Below, in pieces: positions 39,601-52,700 of a DNA stretch of 64,000 bases. The notes under the pieces are model-generated. The model was not told where the DNA came from, searched no databases, and worked only from the letters and a program-made list of their open reading frames with translations. How positions within the stretch are numbered: position 1 is the first letter of the stretch; each line of letters begins with the position of its first letter. The DNA comes from Tubiluchus corallicola (Eukaryota; Animalia; Priapulida). The stretch covers positions 310,001-374,000 of the forward strand of contig JAQGDQ010000154.1 in assembly GCA_030141605.1 (NCBI GenBank), in the 5' to 3' direction. The position numbers and the translations under genes were made by a program.

Positions 39601-42600
39601 TAAAAATTTGATCGCTCAATTTTATTTTAGATGGATCATAGTAACATAGCTCCTTCTCGCGAAGCAACTATTGATACAACTAGGGCTTTGCTAGAAGGAC
39701 CACTAGTCGAATTATCTTATTATAAAGTACTGGGAATCATAGACAATGTGCTACTCGTGCTGGATACTCCAAGCGAACGGACATTTGTCATGAAGGTATT
39801 TGATGTAAATGTTTTTGTCTGAACGTTTTTTTTTTGCTTAGGAAAGAGTTGAGTATTTATTAACTGCTTGACTGCTTCTGTGACACAGGAAGCTACCATC
39901 ACTTGTCAGTCTCATTTCACTGACTATATGCAAATTCTCATTTCACTGACTGTATGCAAATTCTGCTCTCACATTTAAAACTATAATTATTTATTAAAGA
40001 ATCGAGTATCTGTTGCTTTTACTCATTCTACTTGAGCTGTAATATCAAAAATACAGTGTTGGCACTCTGGTCTTTCTTTCATAAGTGGAAATTGGTGTTC
40101 ATACGTGTGAATGTGAAGTTATTTTTTAAGACACATTTTTTCGCTTTTGCTTGCTTATTATTTTAATTTTTTAAACCGTATCGGTTATCCCGGTTTCTCA
40201 TAAACTGCTGAGTAAAAGTATTTAGTATCATACGTTTTGCCTCACTTCATTTTATAGTACCAATTTGAAGTAACAATGTGCATTCCCCCTCCCCTTTTCA
40301 ACAGTATGCCCAGAATTAAATCAACCTGATGCAAGTTGAACCTAGACGCTGTATTTACAAATTAGGTTTCCTTTATTAAGCAACCAAAATGCCACAGTGT
40401 TAAGATATGGTTTTGGCTTGTGACATTTCTGTTTTGATTTGGTAAAACTATAATAGTAATGATGTAATGCACATACTGTTTGTAAACTATGATTAATGAT
40501 GTAAATCATAATACAGTCAACCCTCGTTAAACCGAACTAGTTGGGGAGGGGGTGTGGTCCGGTTTAATTGTCCGATTTATCCGATATGCCTATATATGGT
40601 CTATATTATACAGGAATAATCACCTTAATAAGGCCTATGTACATTGCACTATATACTATACTGTATATTGCTTTAAAATAGTTAACCTGTGAGGATAAAA
40701 AAATTATTGTACTGTTTAGCGCTCGGGCTCGGACGGAAATCGGTCAGTTTCTTTTACCACGGATGACGTCCGTCTTATCCGATATCCGTGCTAACGGGGT
40801 CCGGTTTAACGAGGGTCGACTGTACATGGTTTATTATTATTTAAATTGTTTAAATGTGATTTTTGCCCTAGTCTCAGTAAAAAGACACCTTTTTTACATT
40901 GTTGACCAAAAACCATTTGTGCTCAAGCTGCTGGCAAGCCATTATGCCGGTGTGTGCTAATGCTTGTTTTTTTGTGGGTTTCAAATATTCAAAAATAACA
41001 ATTTTTTTAGTTCGATGAATAAGTGAGTATGTTCAATTGCAGTTTGCAGTTGTATGTATTTAATTTTTGAATTAATGCATATCATTACTAAATATTTTTT
41101 AGGTTTTGTCAAAATGCCGCGCAAAGGGAACCACTTATAGTATTATACCATCCAACATACCGTACATGGTCCAACTTATACGATTTTACGAAACTGATTA
41201 CGCAGTCTTCCTTGTATTAGAACATTCCCCTGGTGGAAAACTTTGGAACTATGTTAGTCATTATTTAAATCAAAGCAGTAACGTGTTACAATTGGACGAT
41301 GACGTTTTCGGCGATGAGCACGAGCGCCAACTTCGTCACGCTAATGTCACGAATGATATCAACGTACCAAAAAGTTCGAGTATGGGCCTGCTGAAAATAC
41401 CGGAAACTACGGCAGACGCGTCGCCTCTCAGCTCCCCCAGTTCAGATAATGGTGATGTCAGTAAAGGTTATGCAGACTTGTTTAGAGACTACGCTTCCAG
41501 AGTTGGTACGAAGTTTGGAACGTCCCACCGACCCGAAGATGAAACTGCAGTTTTGGATGATGTGCCAAACGATGATGCTGTGAAAGAGCAATCGTCCAGT
41601 GGTAAAGAGAAACCTTCACATAGCGATTTATTTGAAACAGTGATTAGCAGTACGAGTTCTCCTGTTAGATATTTTAGTATTAACAGTGTTGAGAGTGACA
41701 CGTACGAACACGTTCACGCAGACGAATCAGACTTGTACAAAGGTACTTCAGATTTACAAATGGGTGAACATTTTAATAGTAATTTATCTGAGATTACATG
41801 TAATCAGTTTGATGAGTATCTACCCCAAAGCACGTCTGCAAATTTTGCTTTAAATGGTTATGGTGATCGTAACAATAAGATAAGTGATATCGAATGTTTA
41901 ATAAACAGCTCAAAAGAACTTTTGAAAGCTGTAGATGAAACGCTTACCTTAAACACTGTAAATATGGTTACCAATTTGGAACAAAATGGTGACAGTGTAA
42001 ATACAATTTCAGATTCAGAAACAAGGGATGCAATTGCAAGTACAAGTTCAGAAATTAAAGAGAAAAAATCGAATGGTTTCTGAATTAGAATTGGAAAGTA
42101 ATAGTGTGAATTCAAATCCAAAAACAGAAGTTAGTGAAACTGTTGACAAAAGATATGTTAATGACGACGAGTCTAATTCTGTTAGTGAACAACCACTAGA
42201 AAACTGTGCAGCCGAGCCTAACATTAGTGAAGCTGAACAACTCGATACTGAAAACAACTTGGTAAAAGATCTTGAACATTGCCGTTTAAAAAGAAAGCGA
42301 AGTAAGCGGAAATCTGACGAGTTTTCTAGGCTATCATCCGGAGAGAGGAGTTTCGATGGCAACCGACCTCGCATGAGGACCCTGTCGGCCGTATTTGAAC
42401 AACTTGACCTGCAAGCTGCGGAGAAGACCGGAGCAGTCTTACCGGAAATGTGTGTTAGAGTGTGGGTTGCCGAAATTGTCACAGCAGTAAACAACCTTCA
42501 TCGATTAGGAATCATATGTAGGTCAGTATTATAGTCAGTTAAGCAGGGCCAGAACTAGATGTGGCAAGCAGGGGGGGGGGCACAAAAATTTTCTGGGGGG

Positions 42601-45600
42601 GCGAGGTATCCGAAGTGGTTAAATAATGATTAAGCCAATTTTTAACCCCTTTTATACTGCATGCAGGCCTATAATTAGCGTGTGTAGGACGGCGTAGCAG
42701 ACAGAGCAATAATGAGAAAATTAACTCTCAGTTAACCTAACGTTATTAATGTGCCTTTAACTAAATTGTTATTTACAGAAATTTATCACACACAAGTTTT
42801 AAGAAAATAATACACTGAAGCTACCAAACATTTTTTTACCTAATTCTAATGCATATTCAAAATGACTACATGCGAGCTGCAATTTTCACTGCAAAAAAAG
42901 TTATTTGTCCAATTTTGCAGGAGGGGGCGCGCCCCCCTCGCTCCCCCCTAGTTCCGCCCCCGCAGTTAAGTGACATTAAAATTATTTGGCCAACGTTTTT
43001 ACTTTTGACAAATTTTAGCTTGTGAAATGCAAATGATGTTCCACTTTATTTGATATGTTTTCAAGTAAACTTGTTGAATTAACTAACACTGTTGGCTATT
43101 ATTGTTTGTTAAATTCAGTGAAAGAAATTTAGCTGGTTTGCAGGGCTTAAATTAACAGAGACAAGTACAGAAAATTAGGAAAAAAAGCAGGAAGACAAAC
43201 CACCTCTGCTCAGTCTAGCAACCCCTTCCCCTTTATAACCTTCCCAAACTAGTGTACATGTCAGAGTCAGAGCCAAACGAAACCTGATTGGTTGACAGTA
43301 AAGGGTGTGAGAATTTAGCCAATAAGAGTCGAGATATTTGCAGAAATGTAATTCGAAAAGAATCGAATTTAAATTAGGGGCGACATGAAACGTTAACACT
43401 AGTTTGTATTCACTGCCATGTGTTTCTTATTTCATTTTATGTAATTACCAGTTAAAGTTTGTTTAAAGCTGATTAGTGTCAACTTTGTTTTTATTTTTCT
43501 AGAGATTTGAGGCCGGATAATATCTTACTGGGTGAGAGAGGCCACGTGATGCTAACTTACTTCAGCCAATGGTCAACAGTAGATAGGGTTGTTGACGAAA
43601 AGGCAATAGACAATTTGTACTGTGCGCCTGGTACGATGCTGGCTTCTTTTTCCGTTTTATAAATTTCAAATAATTTCATTAATTTATAACTGGATAACTG
43701 GATGTTAATAATTTATTTGTGGTGTTTATAACAAATGACTGTGCATTACAAGTTTGTACAATAACTTGTCTCTTGCTAGGCCTATGCATTAGTAAGCTAT
43801 GCAGTTGCACAATTGTTGTTCTATTTCAGAAATACACCACAACATTAATTTTTGTAGTTGTTTCTGTATGTACCACATTAAATTTATCTCTGTTAGTTGA
43901 TAATTTTAAAAATATTATTATTTTAGTAGTAGCATTATGCTTAAATTTCAGAAATAAGAAGCATTTTTGGGGTAACAGAAGCTTGTGATTGGTGGAGTGT
44001 TGGGGCGCTTGCATATGAATTGCTTACTGGAAGGGTAAGCCTTAGATTTCTACTGACTTTTATTAGTTGAGCTTTATTACAATATTGTAGATGGCAATGC
44101 ATTTGTTTTGAACACTTTCCTGTAATGAATTACTTACTGGAAGGGTAAGCCTTAGATTTCTACTGACTTTTATTAGTTGAACTATATTACAATACTGTAG
44201 ATGGCGATGCATTTGTTTTGAACACTTTCCTGTAATGTATTAAGCAAACGTGATCAAGGCTGCAGTTGTTGACGAGAAAGACGAAGTAATCCTTAGTGAA
44301 CTTATGACACAAAGTACTTACTGACTTGCATGTGTGCATGTAATCCTAGATGTGACGTATGTAAATGCAAGTTGTGATAATGAGCTTTTTATTGAAGATG
44401 CATCTGAGGAATCTGATGATGTTTTTCCCGAACCTCGTTATCTCTCAGCTCAGGTCATGCTTGGGCACAAATTAGACCAAAGTATCTTTTATTGTTATTA
44501 GATGCATGTATGGTATATTATTTGTGTACTTGCATATAGCAAAATCGTCCATAAGTTGGCAATTAAGCATTTCTAGTTATTCACATATCCTAAAACTCCA
44601 TTTCATGGGGATCATTTTGATGCCAAGTTCATCGCTCTATGTTATTTCTAAGCTGAGATAATCTATGTTGAAGACGAGGTGTATGCTACACACTGAAAAA
44701 TGTAACCTTGAGAAAATCGTTGTCAAAGTTATTCATTGTTTTTTGTCGCGTTTCTACAAATCAGTTAGCAACCGTACAAATGTTGGTTGCAAGAACACAT
44801 TGAACTTATCTTTAAATCCAGTAGATGGCTCTTCCTGATGTAGACCTGGGCTTGATAACAGAGAAAACTCGAAGCGAAATGACTGCTTCCACGAGCTGCT
44901 ATTGGAGTTTGAAAATGCACATTTTTTACGATTGCATTACTAGTTTCTAGCCAGAAAAGTGGGTCGGGAGTATAAAATTAGATTTTTAGTATTTTTTGAA
45001 CACTTTCTTGATTTCATGCTAGAATATAAAAGTCCTATATATTTAGCATTTGTTTTTATATAAAGCAAAAAAAGGCATTTGATTAGATTTTTGGTGCTTT
45101 CTACTTTGATGCATCAAAACATAGTTTTAACTATGCCGACTGATGGGCCGTTTTGGTTTGCAAGCACACATTTTATGCAGCAGGTTTAGAATTTCACTGT
45201 GACAAAATATTTTTTACATTCACAGTCGCTGGTTTCGTCTCATCCTAGTGGCATTAACAGCCACTCTACACTGAGTATTCCCTGCTTTCTGTCAGCTGAG
45301 GCAAACAGCCTTCTAACGGAGGTTTGTGATTAATTTGTTCTTGTTACAGTTGATTTTGATTTGTGTGTCAGGTAGAGGAAAATCTCATTTCATTTATTCA
45401 AAGTTGAACTAGCCCTCTTTAACTAAAAATGCAGTCGAGGTTATTTCTTAAAATGTCTAAAATCCTTTGTATTTTTCAATATATTGGAAAAATCATCTGC
45501 TGTTTTCCTTAAATAATAGGTGCATAAATAGTTTTCAATCAGAAATCAATAAGCAGCTGGTTTTTTATGTCTATTCTAGTGAAATCACAACAATAAGCCT

Positions 45601-46583
45601 TTTCACAGTTCCAGCAATTGATGATGATTGTGAAAGGGTCAAAGGTTAAGTACTAGACAACGCATTTCTGTACACTTGATAATTCCTTGCAGCCTGTGCT
45701 ATTGTAATAGTAGCTATTTTAATGATTGAGCCTGTAGGCGGCGCCACTTGCAGTTATTTAGTGAAGTAAAAAATCCCTCGGTAAAGAATTAAAAAAATGT
45801 GCATTGCTTTTATTCAGGTCAAATTAATCTACTAGATGTTAGCCACTATGAATTTTTCCATGTAATAATGTGTGCAGAGTTACACAGCACAGAAAATTCC
45901 ACGTAATACAAATAGCATAGAACCGAAAATATGGCAATTGAACAATAAGCCTGTTCACAGTTCCAGCGATTGATGATGATGATCATAGACTGGTCCAAGT
46001 CTAATTGTACCAGACAACGCATTTGACACTGTACACTTGACAATCCACAAGCTATATATGTAATAGTAACAGTTTTAACATCTAGCTAGAACCTTATCTA
46101 GTTCTTTTTTTCTTGTTTCGAAGTAAGATCCTACTAGTAAATCACTGTATGCACAGACTAATGCATAATTAGGAAAAGTGCATGTAAAAAAGTTGAAGTT
46201 GCAGACGGCTTTGCTTTACCCACATGTCACGTGACGGTTGTAGTTTAGACGCGTTGCTGTGGTACACTTAACCTTTGACCTACAGTAATTGTGCGAGGAC
46301 AGAGAGAAACTGTGAAAAAGCTTATTGTGCAGTGCCAATCACATGCATTAGTTTATAGTGTCATAACTGATTTATGCTTTTAAAGATGCATACAGTGGAG
46401 AATATAAGTTCATTGCTAGTTGACGTTTACAAACGTACATTTGTTTTTAAAGTTTTTTTCGTATTTTTTTAGCTCTTGAGGTATAACCCAAATGAAAGGC
46501 TGGGATCTGGCATTAATGGAGTGGAGGACATTAGGGCACATCCTTTCTTTAGTGGACTCGACTGGTCAAAGATGAATAAGTAA
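27688..46583 (+). CDS. RPS6KC1: Ribosomal protein S6 kinase delta-1-like (PX domain, MIT domain, split pseudokinase), 13 coding exons, about 1166 aa if one +1 frame break is corrected
   Basis: Exons: 27688-27786, 29245-29280, 31922-32039 (or 32045), 33273-33388, 34296-34486, 35230-36047, 37457-37578, 39631-39795, 41103-42521, 43503-43630, 43952-44034, 45226-45321, 46473-46583. PX: [36 protein letters not shown]: [31 protein letters not shown]. Kinase: [41 protein letters not shown] (in place of DFG), [15 protein letters not shown]. The summed length of 3502 nt is 3n+1. Confidence 0.9.
28631..29133. mobile_element. pogo/Tigger-like MITE
   Basis: TA|CAGTCATACCTCCGTTTTCGA...TCGACAACGGAGGAATGACTG. 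Confidence 0.75.
29621..31848. repeat. 67-bp minisatellite, 33 full copies plus a partial copy, in RPS6KC1 intron 2
   Basis: Unit TCAAGACTGCATTATACAGAGAAGTGGTAGCCCCTATTTATTTACAATRGCATATGCTAGGAAARCY; unit starts run from 29621 to 31832 (33 x 67). Confidence 0.98.
32720..33204. repeat. 124-bp tandem repeat, about 4 copies
   Basis: TTCATTAGGAA-type motif recurs at 32727, 32851, 32975 and about 33098; shared GGTTAAACTACACAGACATCAAGGTAACTCTTG. Confidence 0.92.
34738..35194. mobile_element. Degenerate hAT-like MITE rich in GAATCGAA motifs
   Basis: Right end TTCGTTGCTCACCCCTA (TAGGG-type TIR) with many GAATC/TCGAA subterminal repeats; the left end is eroded. Confidence 0.5.
36700..36900 (-). mobile_element. 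3' fragment of a CR1/L2-group LINE ORF2
   Basis: The minus-strand peptide [15 protein letters not shown]...FKSFL...[11 protein letters not shown] resembles the DK(I/V)xTHS...CxIxNCYIC C-terminus I recall for this LINE group. Confidence 0.55.
38371..39104 (+). mobile_element. Non-autonomous hAT element with a transposase N-terminal remnant
   Basis: Imperfect TIRs CAGTGGCGAATCGT / ACAAGCCGTCACTG. The internal peptide [28 protein letters not shown] (about 38800-38885) resembles ZMYM1-like hAT transposase N-termini. Confidence 0.6.
40514..40822. mobile_element. pogo/Tigger-like MITE
   Basis: TA|CAGTCAACCCTCGTTAAACCG...CGGTTTAACGAGGGTCGACTG|TA. Confidence 0.88.
42544..42962. mobile_element. hAT-type MITE with a perfect 8-bp target-site duplication
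   Basis: TSD CAGTTAAG at 42536-42543 and 42963-42970; TIRs CAGGGCCAGAACTAG / CTAGTTCCGCCCCCG; G- and C-rich subterminal tracts. Confidence 0.9.
44015..44237. repeat. 110-bp tandem duplication spanning the RPS6KC1 exon 11 donor
   Basis: ATGAATT(G/A)CTTACTGGAAGGGTAAGCCTTAGATTTC...GAACACTTTCCTGTA starts at 44015 and 44125. Confidence 0.95.
44810..45175 (+). repeat. Dispersed repeat, copy A (shared with 59540-59908)
   Basis: Shared CTATTGGAGTTTGAAAAT, ATTACTAGTTTCTAGCCAGAAAAGTGGGT, ATGCTAGAATATAAAAGTCC and TAGTTTTAACTATGCC. Confidence 0.8.
45591..46327 (+). mobile_element. MITE family: truncated copy (45591-45720) plus full copy (45944-46327)
   Basis: Left end CAATAAGCCT(T/G)TTCACAGTTCCAGC occurs twice; right end AACTGTGAAAAAGCTTATTG; homologous to 14812-15207. 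Confidence 0.75.
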
Positions 46584-47996
46584 AGTCGGCTAATTAGTCC
46601 AGGTCATTTGAGATGTGCTAATAACTATTGAGTGCAATCGATTTCTGTGTGATTCAGTCATTAATGATTAATGTTGTGTATTATAAACGTGTAAAACGTA
46701 TTGACTTTTTGTGATTAGATGAACAGCTTTCACTGCTCGTGTTAAATCACGGAATTTTATTAAATTGTGTTAATTTTATCACCTGTACTTTCACAATTTT
46801 CACATATCAGCCAATGTAAATTTTTTAGTAGTGAGCCGTGTCTTTGTTTTTTATAAAATGTCATTTAATTTTGCAAAAACTTGTTGTGCTCTGAAGTTTA
46901 AACTGCACTTCAGAGCAAAATAGTAAGTATCAAATTTCTTTTTCACCATTAATTTGGTAGTAAAATAATTACAATGAGTGTACAAATTAAAATAGAACAT
47001 TAATGCAATGATAAAATGCTTTATTTAAAGAAAAATGCAGATGAGCTAAAACAGACATTAGATTATTTTAGTGAAGCCTGTATTATAAAAAGTTCTGTAA
47101 TGCTTCAACAACATGATCGTTTAATCTCCGGTGTGTTGCCATGGAAAGGAAAGCCAGCAAAGATACTTATCAATTTTCTGGAAATTTGTTCGGGCCAGAT
47201 TAAACAAGATTAGGTTTTAGAATAACACGAACTGATAAATGAGGAAAGACTGCAATTTAGGATAAATAAGATCAGTGACTGCACACTGCTGAATTTGTAA
47301 CAGTCTGTGAACGACGTCTCGCTTTAGAATTACGTTTTATTTCTGTTTGTAGTGCAATTGATAAAAATGACAATAATTCAGATTTGGGAACTACATAGGT
47401 AGACGAGAACAATGATCAGCAAAACCCGGAAGACTTTTGTTGTGTACATTTCCTGAAGTCACACCGAATTCTGATTGGCATTAATTAAATTCAGGCAAGT
47501 CAATTAATTAGTCCAAACTAGAGTTTTTAAATGTAAGTATTTCGGGTTATTAGAAATAGCAAAAGTTTAGTTGCTAAGAACAATTAAAAAACACATTTTA
47601 TTCACTAAACTGCTAGTGTGGCAGTTTATCTCTCATGATAAATTTTATTTTTTTATTATATGCGAAGTGCAGCCAGCTTTTGTAAATTGTAACTTTTATT
47701 CACAGGTGCATGGATAATTATGAAAGGGCTTAAACTTTATTTTAATTATGCATTTTAATGTAGGAAAATTTGCTGTTGAAACTCAGCTGATTGTAATGAA
47801 AGTTGTTGCTAATGAAGGAAGTGTGTTTTTATTGATTTATTTACTCCAGTAAACATTCAGGTAGTCCAGTTGGAATTCATTATCATTGTTGCTGGTAGAA
47901 TTATCTAAATGCTGATGAGATTAAACGCTGCCGTGCCAGTGGCTTATTTTTCATTGCATATCGTGTAAATGATGTCAAGATTATGTCTTTTCAAAG

Positions 47997-48353
47997 TATA
48001 CTCACACCTCCGTTTGCCGGGCAAAAGCGGAGACGTCGGTCCGAATTTCCCGATACTAAGCTAATACAGTAGGTGCCGTTTATTAGACTCACGGTAATGT
48101 AGAATCAATCGTTTAATTGTCTTAAAAACGTCTACTACACGTCGTTCCTATGCAAAAGTATGTAAAAACTGTCTGCAATTGACTCAAATTCCTACGTGAC
48201 GTAAACGAAGTGACAGCCTGCCAACTAGAGGTCAACTCGCGAAACAACGGACTGTGTCTGTAGTATGTAGTAGGACTTTTTAACAGTCTAGATTTTGTCC
48301 GATTCTTCTGATATCCGTAAAAGCGAGGTCCGGCAAACCGAGATATGAGCATA
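47997..48353. mobile_element. MITE between the convergent 3' ends of RPS6KC1 and the transporter gene
   Basis: Imperfect TIRs TATACTCACACCTCCGTTTGCCGG / CCGGCAAACCGAGATATGAGCATA. Confidence 0.65.
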
Positions 48354-49763
48354 CATAGTAGCCATAACGTATACAATACGAGGTATGCACAGCACAGAAT
48401 TCTAACTGTGGGCGTTTGTTGTGAATAGCAGGGTGTTCTTAAACAAAGCATACTTGCAGTTATTTTGTTTCCATTGGGTAGATCATACCTTGAGCCTGCT
48501 TATTTAACAATGCAGTTAATGAGAGACATTTGTTGATATTTATTGTCGCCATATTTATTGATGCTGTATAAATTAACACCGATATGTTTTGTTAAAAAAA
48601 TGTACAGAAACTAAATGTAATGCAGTTTTATTTCATAAAACAAATTGTCATGTTAGTGTCATCACATATCCTGGTACAAAACATGTATATACAGAGTACA
48701 AAAACAAACTTGGCAGCTTGCATAAACAAAGCGTGCATTATTTGCACACATGTATTAGATAAATATTGGATAAAAAAGCCTCTTTTACATACAAAGCAAA
48801 TATTTATATTACAGTTAGGCCACAGGTCGAGTTCCAAAATTACAAATTTACCGACCAAATTTGATGACCAACATTATAATATGTGAAAAGATTCCTATAT
48901 CTTGAAATAAAATGGCAACGAATAAAATAAACGAAATCAATAAAAAACTAATTCACATTATATAAATTCACAAGCCCACCAAGCTGAGTAAAGCATACAA
49001 ATATTGTGCAACATATAAGCACACACAATTCAGTTGGTTGTCGCATGCAGCAAAAGCACTGTAATCAACCCAAAAATGAGCAGATAGTACAAACAAAACA
49101 AAATCTCAATAGTATAATAATACATCTGCATATTCAGATGAAAAAAGCAATAAAAATTAAAAACTTACGTAATCAAATTATAATCTTGGCAGGAAATTCG
49201 TGAAAACACTCAAAATTAAATAAGTACTATGGATACTTATAAAAAAGTTAAATTTCCATTATGTTGGCACAACAATGTTTGGCAAGATTTCCCCAAACAA
49301 TTGGAGAGATATTTTGAAAGTAGGTTAAAAAATTTAAAAACCTGGCACGTAATTTTGTTGTTGAGAGTCAGTATGCATATGAAGATTTGTTCATAAGTAT
49401 AAAACAGCAATCATAATGAGCAAGGTAGAAAGGCTAAAAATTTTTGTTCTGAAGCAAGATAAAAATATTTTTCTGGTAAACAAAAAAACTAAAACTAAAA
49501 GCGTTCTGCTGTTAACACAATTGCTAAAACATTCAGCGAGAGGAAAGCAATGAACAAATCTACTTTTAACTGAGTTTCAAATAAAAATAATTTAAATTTT
49601 GGCCGTAGTACATTCTGATTGTAAAATACAAAAATAAGACAGTAAAAAATTGAAATCAACAAGCAAAGAAAATTTCTCAGTAAGGTACTCATAAATAAGA
49701 GAAATCACAGTATGCTTTTACATAATTTAGGCCATATCTAAATTTAGGATATGGAAAAAAATC

Positions 49764-52700
49764 TCACACCATATCTTCTTTCTTAGGACTACTATCATCT
49801 AACTTTCCTCTGTTTACAACCGGATTCTGGGAGTACATAAAAGTTGCAGAAATAACAATGAAAATGGCCACAACCGTGAGAACGTCGATCGCAATGCCAA
49901 AAATCAGCCAACACAGAACGGCCGTAAACATCAGTTCCAGGGCACTCGCAAATGTTTTCAATATGGAGTTTAAATTTCGCAAGAAAAGGCTGGTCACAAT
50001 GCCAACTGCAGCCATATTCATAATTATACCGACAACTTTCGGCTTCAGCACGGAATCCAGTGCCTCGGGGGTGAAAGCTTTTACCAGTTGTCCCTGGTAT
50101 AACAGAATCATAGCATTACATAAGATGGAATTGACATACATGAACACATTCTGTAGCATAATAGGAACTTCTGCACCGGTATCTTTTAGTAGATATTCAT
50201 TGTAAACACCAGCAAAACAAGAACAAAACATCTGAAACACAAAAACAGTATTAACTTTTTTTATAAAAATTTCCCCAAACAAGGACAACAGTCTCTCACA
50301 ATAAATAGCTTCAGTAAAAAATGAAGGTATGAACACATACCTGGAGAAAGAGAATTCACATGACTAATTTGCTAGTGAAATAAGATGTCTGTTGATGATG
50401 CTGTTCTTGAATTGGGCGAGGTTACAGTTTCCAGGGCAACAATTTTCTAGTAGAAAATCCTATAGATAAATAGACCAAGGGAAAACTGGGCACATCAGCT
50501 ACTGTTCATCACTAAGAATGCCTAGGATAAGCCCACGAGAAGCTGGTGAAAATGGGCATTCTAAACAAACTGCTCGCATTTACAAACCAGTAAGTAGAGA
50601 TCCTGAGAGGATTTTCCACGAAAGTAGCAATAAAGGAGGCTCAATTTAGCAATCGGATTTGGTGAATAAGGGGCTGCAGGAGTGATCCTAAATCAACCTC
50701 AGTCAGACTGCCAATATGATTTTGCAATCGGGTGGGGTAAGATGACAAACTCAGGTAGCAGCCCAGATGTGACCGCAGTACTCAATGCTATGTCCATTTC
50801 ACGCCAGCCCAGATGTGACCGCAGTACTCAATGCTGTGTCCATTTCCTGCAAGCCAAGATGTGACTACAGTACTCAACGCCATGTCCATTTCACGCCAGC
50901 CAAGATGTGACCGTAGTACTCAATACTATGTCCATTTCATGCCAGCCAAGATGTGACTGCAGTACTTAATACTATGTCCATTTCACGCCAGCCAAGATGT
51001 GACTACAGTACTCAATACTATGTCCATTTCACGCCAGCCAAGATGTGACTACAGTACTCAATACTATGTCCATTTCACACCAGCCAAGATGTGACTACAG
51101 TACTCAATGCTATGTCCATTTCATGCCAGCCAAAATGTTACTGCAGTAGTCAGCGCTATGTCCATTTCACGCCAGCCAAAATGTTACTGCAGTAGTCAGT
51201 GCTATGTCGATTTGACGCCAGCCCAGATGTGACTGCAGTACTCAATGCAATGTCCATTTCACGCCAGCCAAGATGTGACTGCAGTAGTCAATGCTATGTC
51301 CATTTGATGCCAGTCCAGATGTGACTGCAGTACTCAGTGCTATGTCCATTAGGTGCCAGCCCAGATGTGATTGCAGTACTAAATGCTATGTCCAATTGCA
51401 AACAACGAATATAGCTTCAGGAGTTAGATAATTATGAGCACAATAGAGATATCTCACTTATGTGCGACACATATTTTTCCATTCTTTACTGGTAAATCCA
51501 GGTCATCCTCGCTATTAATGAAAAAAGTCCACACAGTTAAGAAACAAAAAAAATCGACTTTTTGAGCCGCCGCTGTGGTTTATACCCACATGGAAAAATA
51601 AAGAAGAAAAAAGGAAAAAATCACATCAAATTACTAATTCTAATTTAACCTGAAATGTTCTAGTTTGATCTATGTGATTTTTTCTGTTCTTTCGCCTTTT
51701 CACAAACCACATTAGTGGCTTGAAGCATCGTGTTTCTTCTTTGTTTCTTAACTGTCTGGGCTTTTTTATTAATTGCCATTATTCTTCTCATTAAGAATTT
51801 TAACTAAAAGTAGTTGTGTGTTATATTCTAGCAGTGTTTTATTGTAGTATAATGTAACTGAAACATTTCCGGACAATCACCGGATAATGCTAGTATACAG
51901 CTGTGCCAGCTAATGAAGTATGCAGCTACTAATGTGACAACAGGGAGTAGTAAATGTGTAGATTCCCGTATATACTGCTAACATGGGTAATAATATCATT
52001 AAATTACACAGCACATTACTTGGCAATGTGCCTAACTGTAAAATGAAGCCAGATATTCTGTCAGTTTTCAACCCTGTGTAATTCATACAGAATGCGCATA
52101 GAAAAAATGTCACTTTGCAACCAAGACTTTGAAGTTCAATTCACAAAAAGTTAGCATGCACTTTTCCCGAGTGTATAAACAAGTGCATAGTTTGCATTGG
52201 AAGTGCTTTTTCTGTGCATAAATTCTATTAAATTTCTAATAACAACAATGACAAAAAGTGACCAACAATAAGAAACTGGCAAAAGCATCATGTAAGTTGT
52301 ATTTACATTTTGAACATTTGAAATCACTTTTTAAACTTCTGAAGTCACCTTTTACACTTCTGAAGTCACTTTTTACATTGCTGAAGTCACTTTTTGCATT
52401 TTTGTAGTTACTTTTTGCAATACCTAAGTCAGTTTTTGCATAACTTAAGTCCTTTTTTGCAATTCTTAAGTTACTTTTTGTATTTTTGAAGTAGAAAATG
52501 TGTAGCATGTCACTTAGTGATGCAAGTGCTCGCTTTAAAGACTGACCAAACTACTATGACAAAAAAATTCACAAAGCAACTGCTAAACTACCTAACTGAG
52601 AAGTTAAATATTTCAGTTAAGCTTAGCCAGGCTATGCGTATACTGTATCGGGTCTAAAAATACAGACATTATATCTAATGGACTTGCTAAATCTAGGAAC

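Noticed and set aside
41489-42494. Antisense ORFs over RPS6KC1 exons (likewise over TSSK, senju and the LINEs)
   Set aside because: Shadow frames of real coding sequence with no independent motifs.
50758-51395. 46-bp array considered as CRISPR-like or coding
   Set aside because: No spacers and the unit length is not a multiple of 3; an ordinary intronic minisatellite.
52236-52508. ORF with heptad-like KSDF repeats suggesting a coiled coil
   Set aside because: By-product of a 21-bp DNA repeat inside a transporter intron; the transporter CDS is complete without it.
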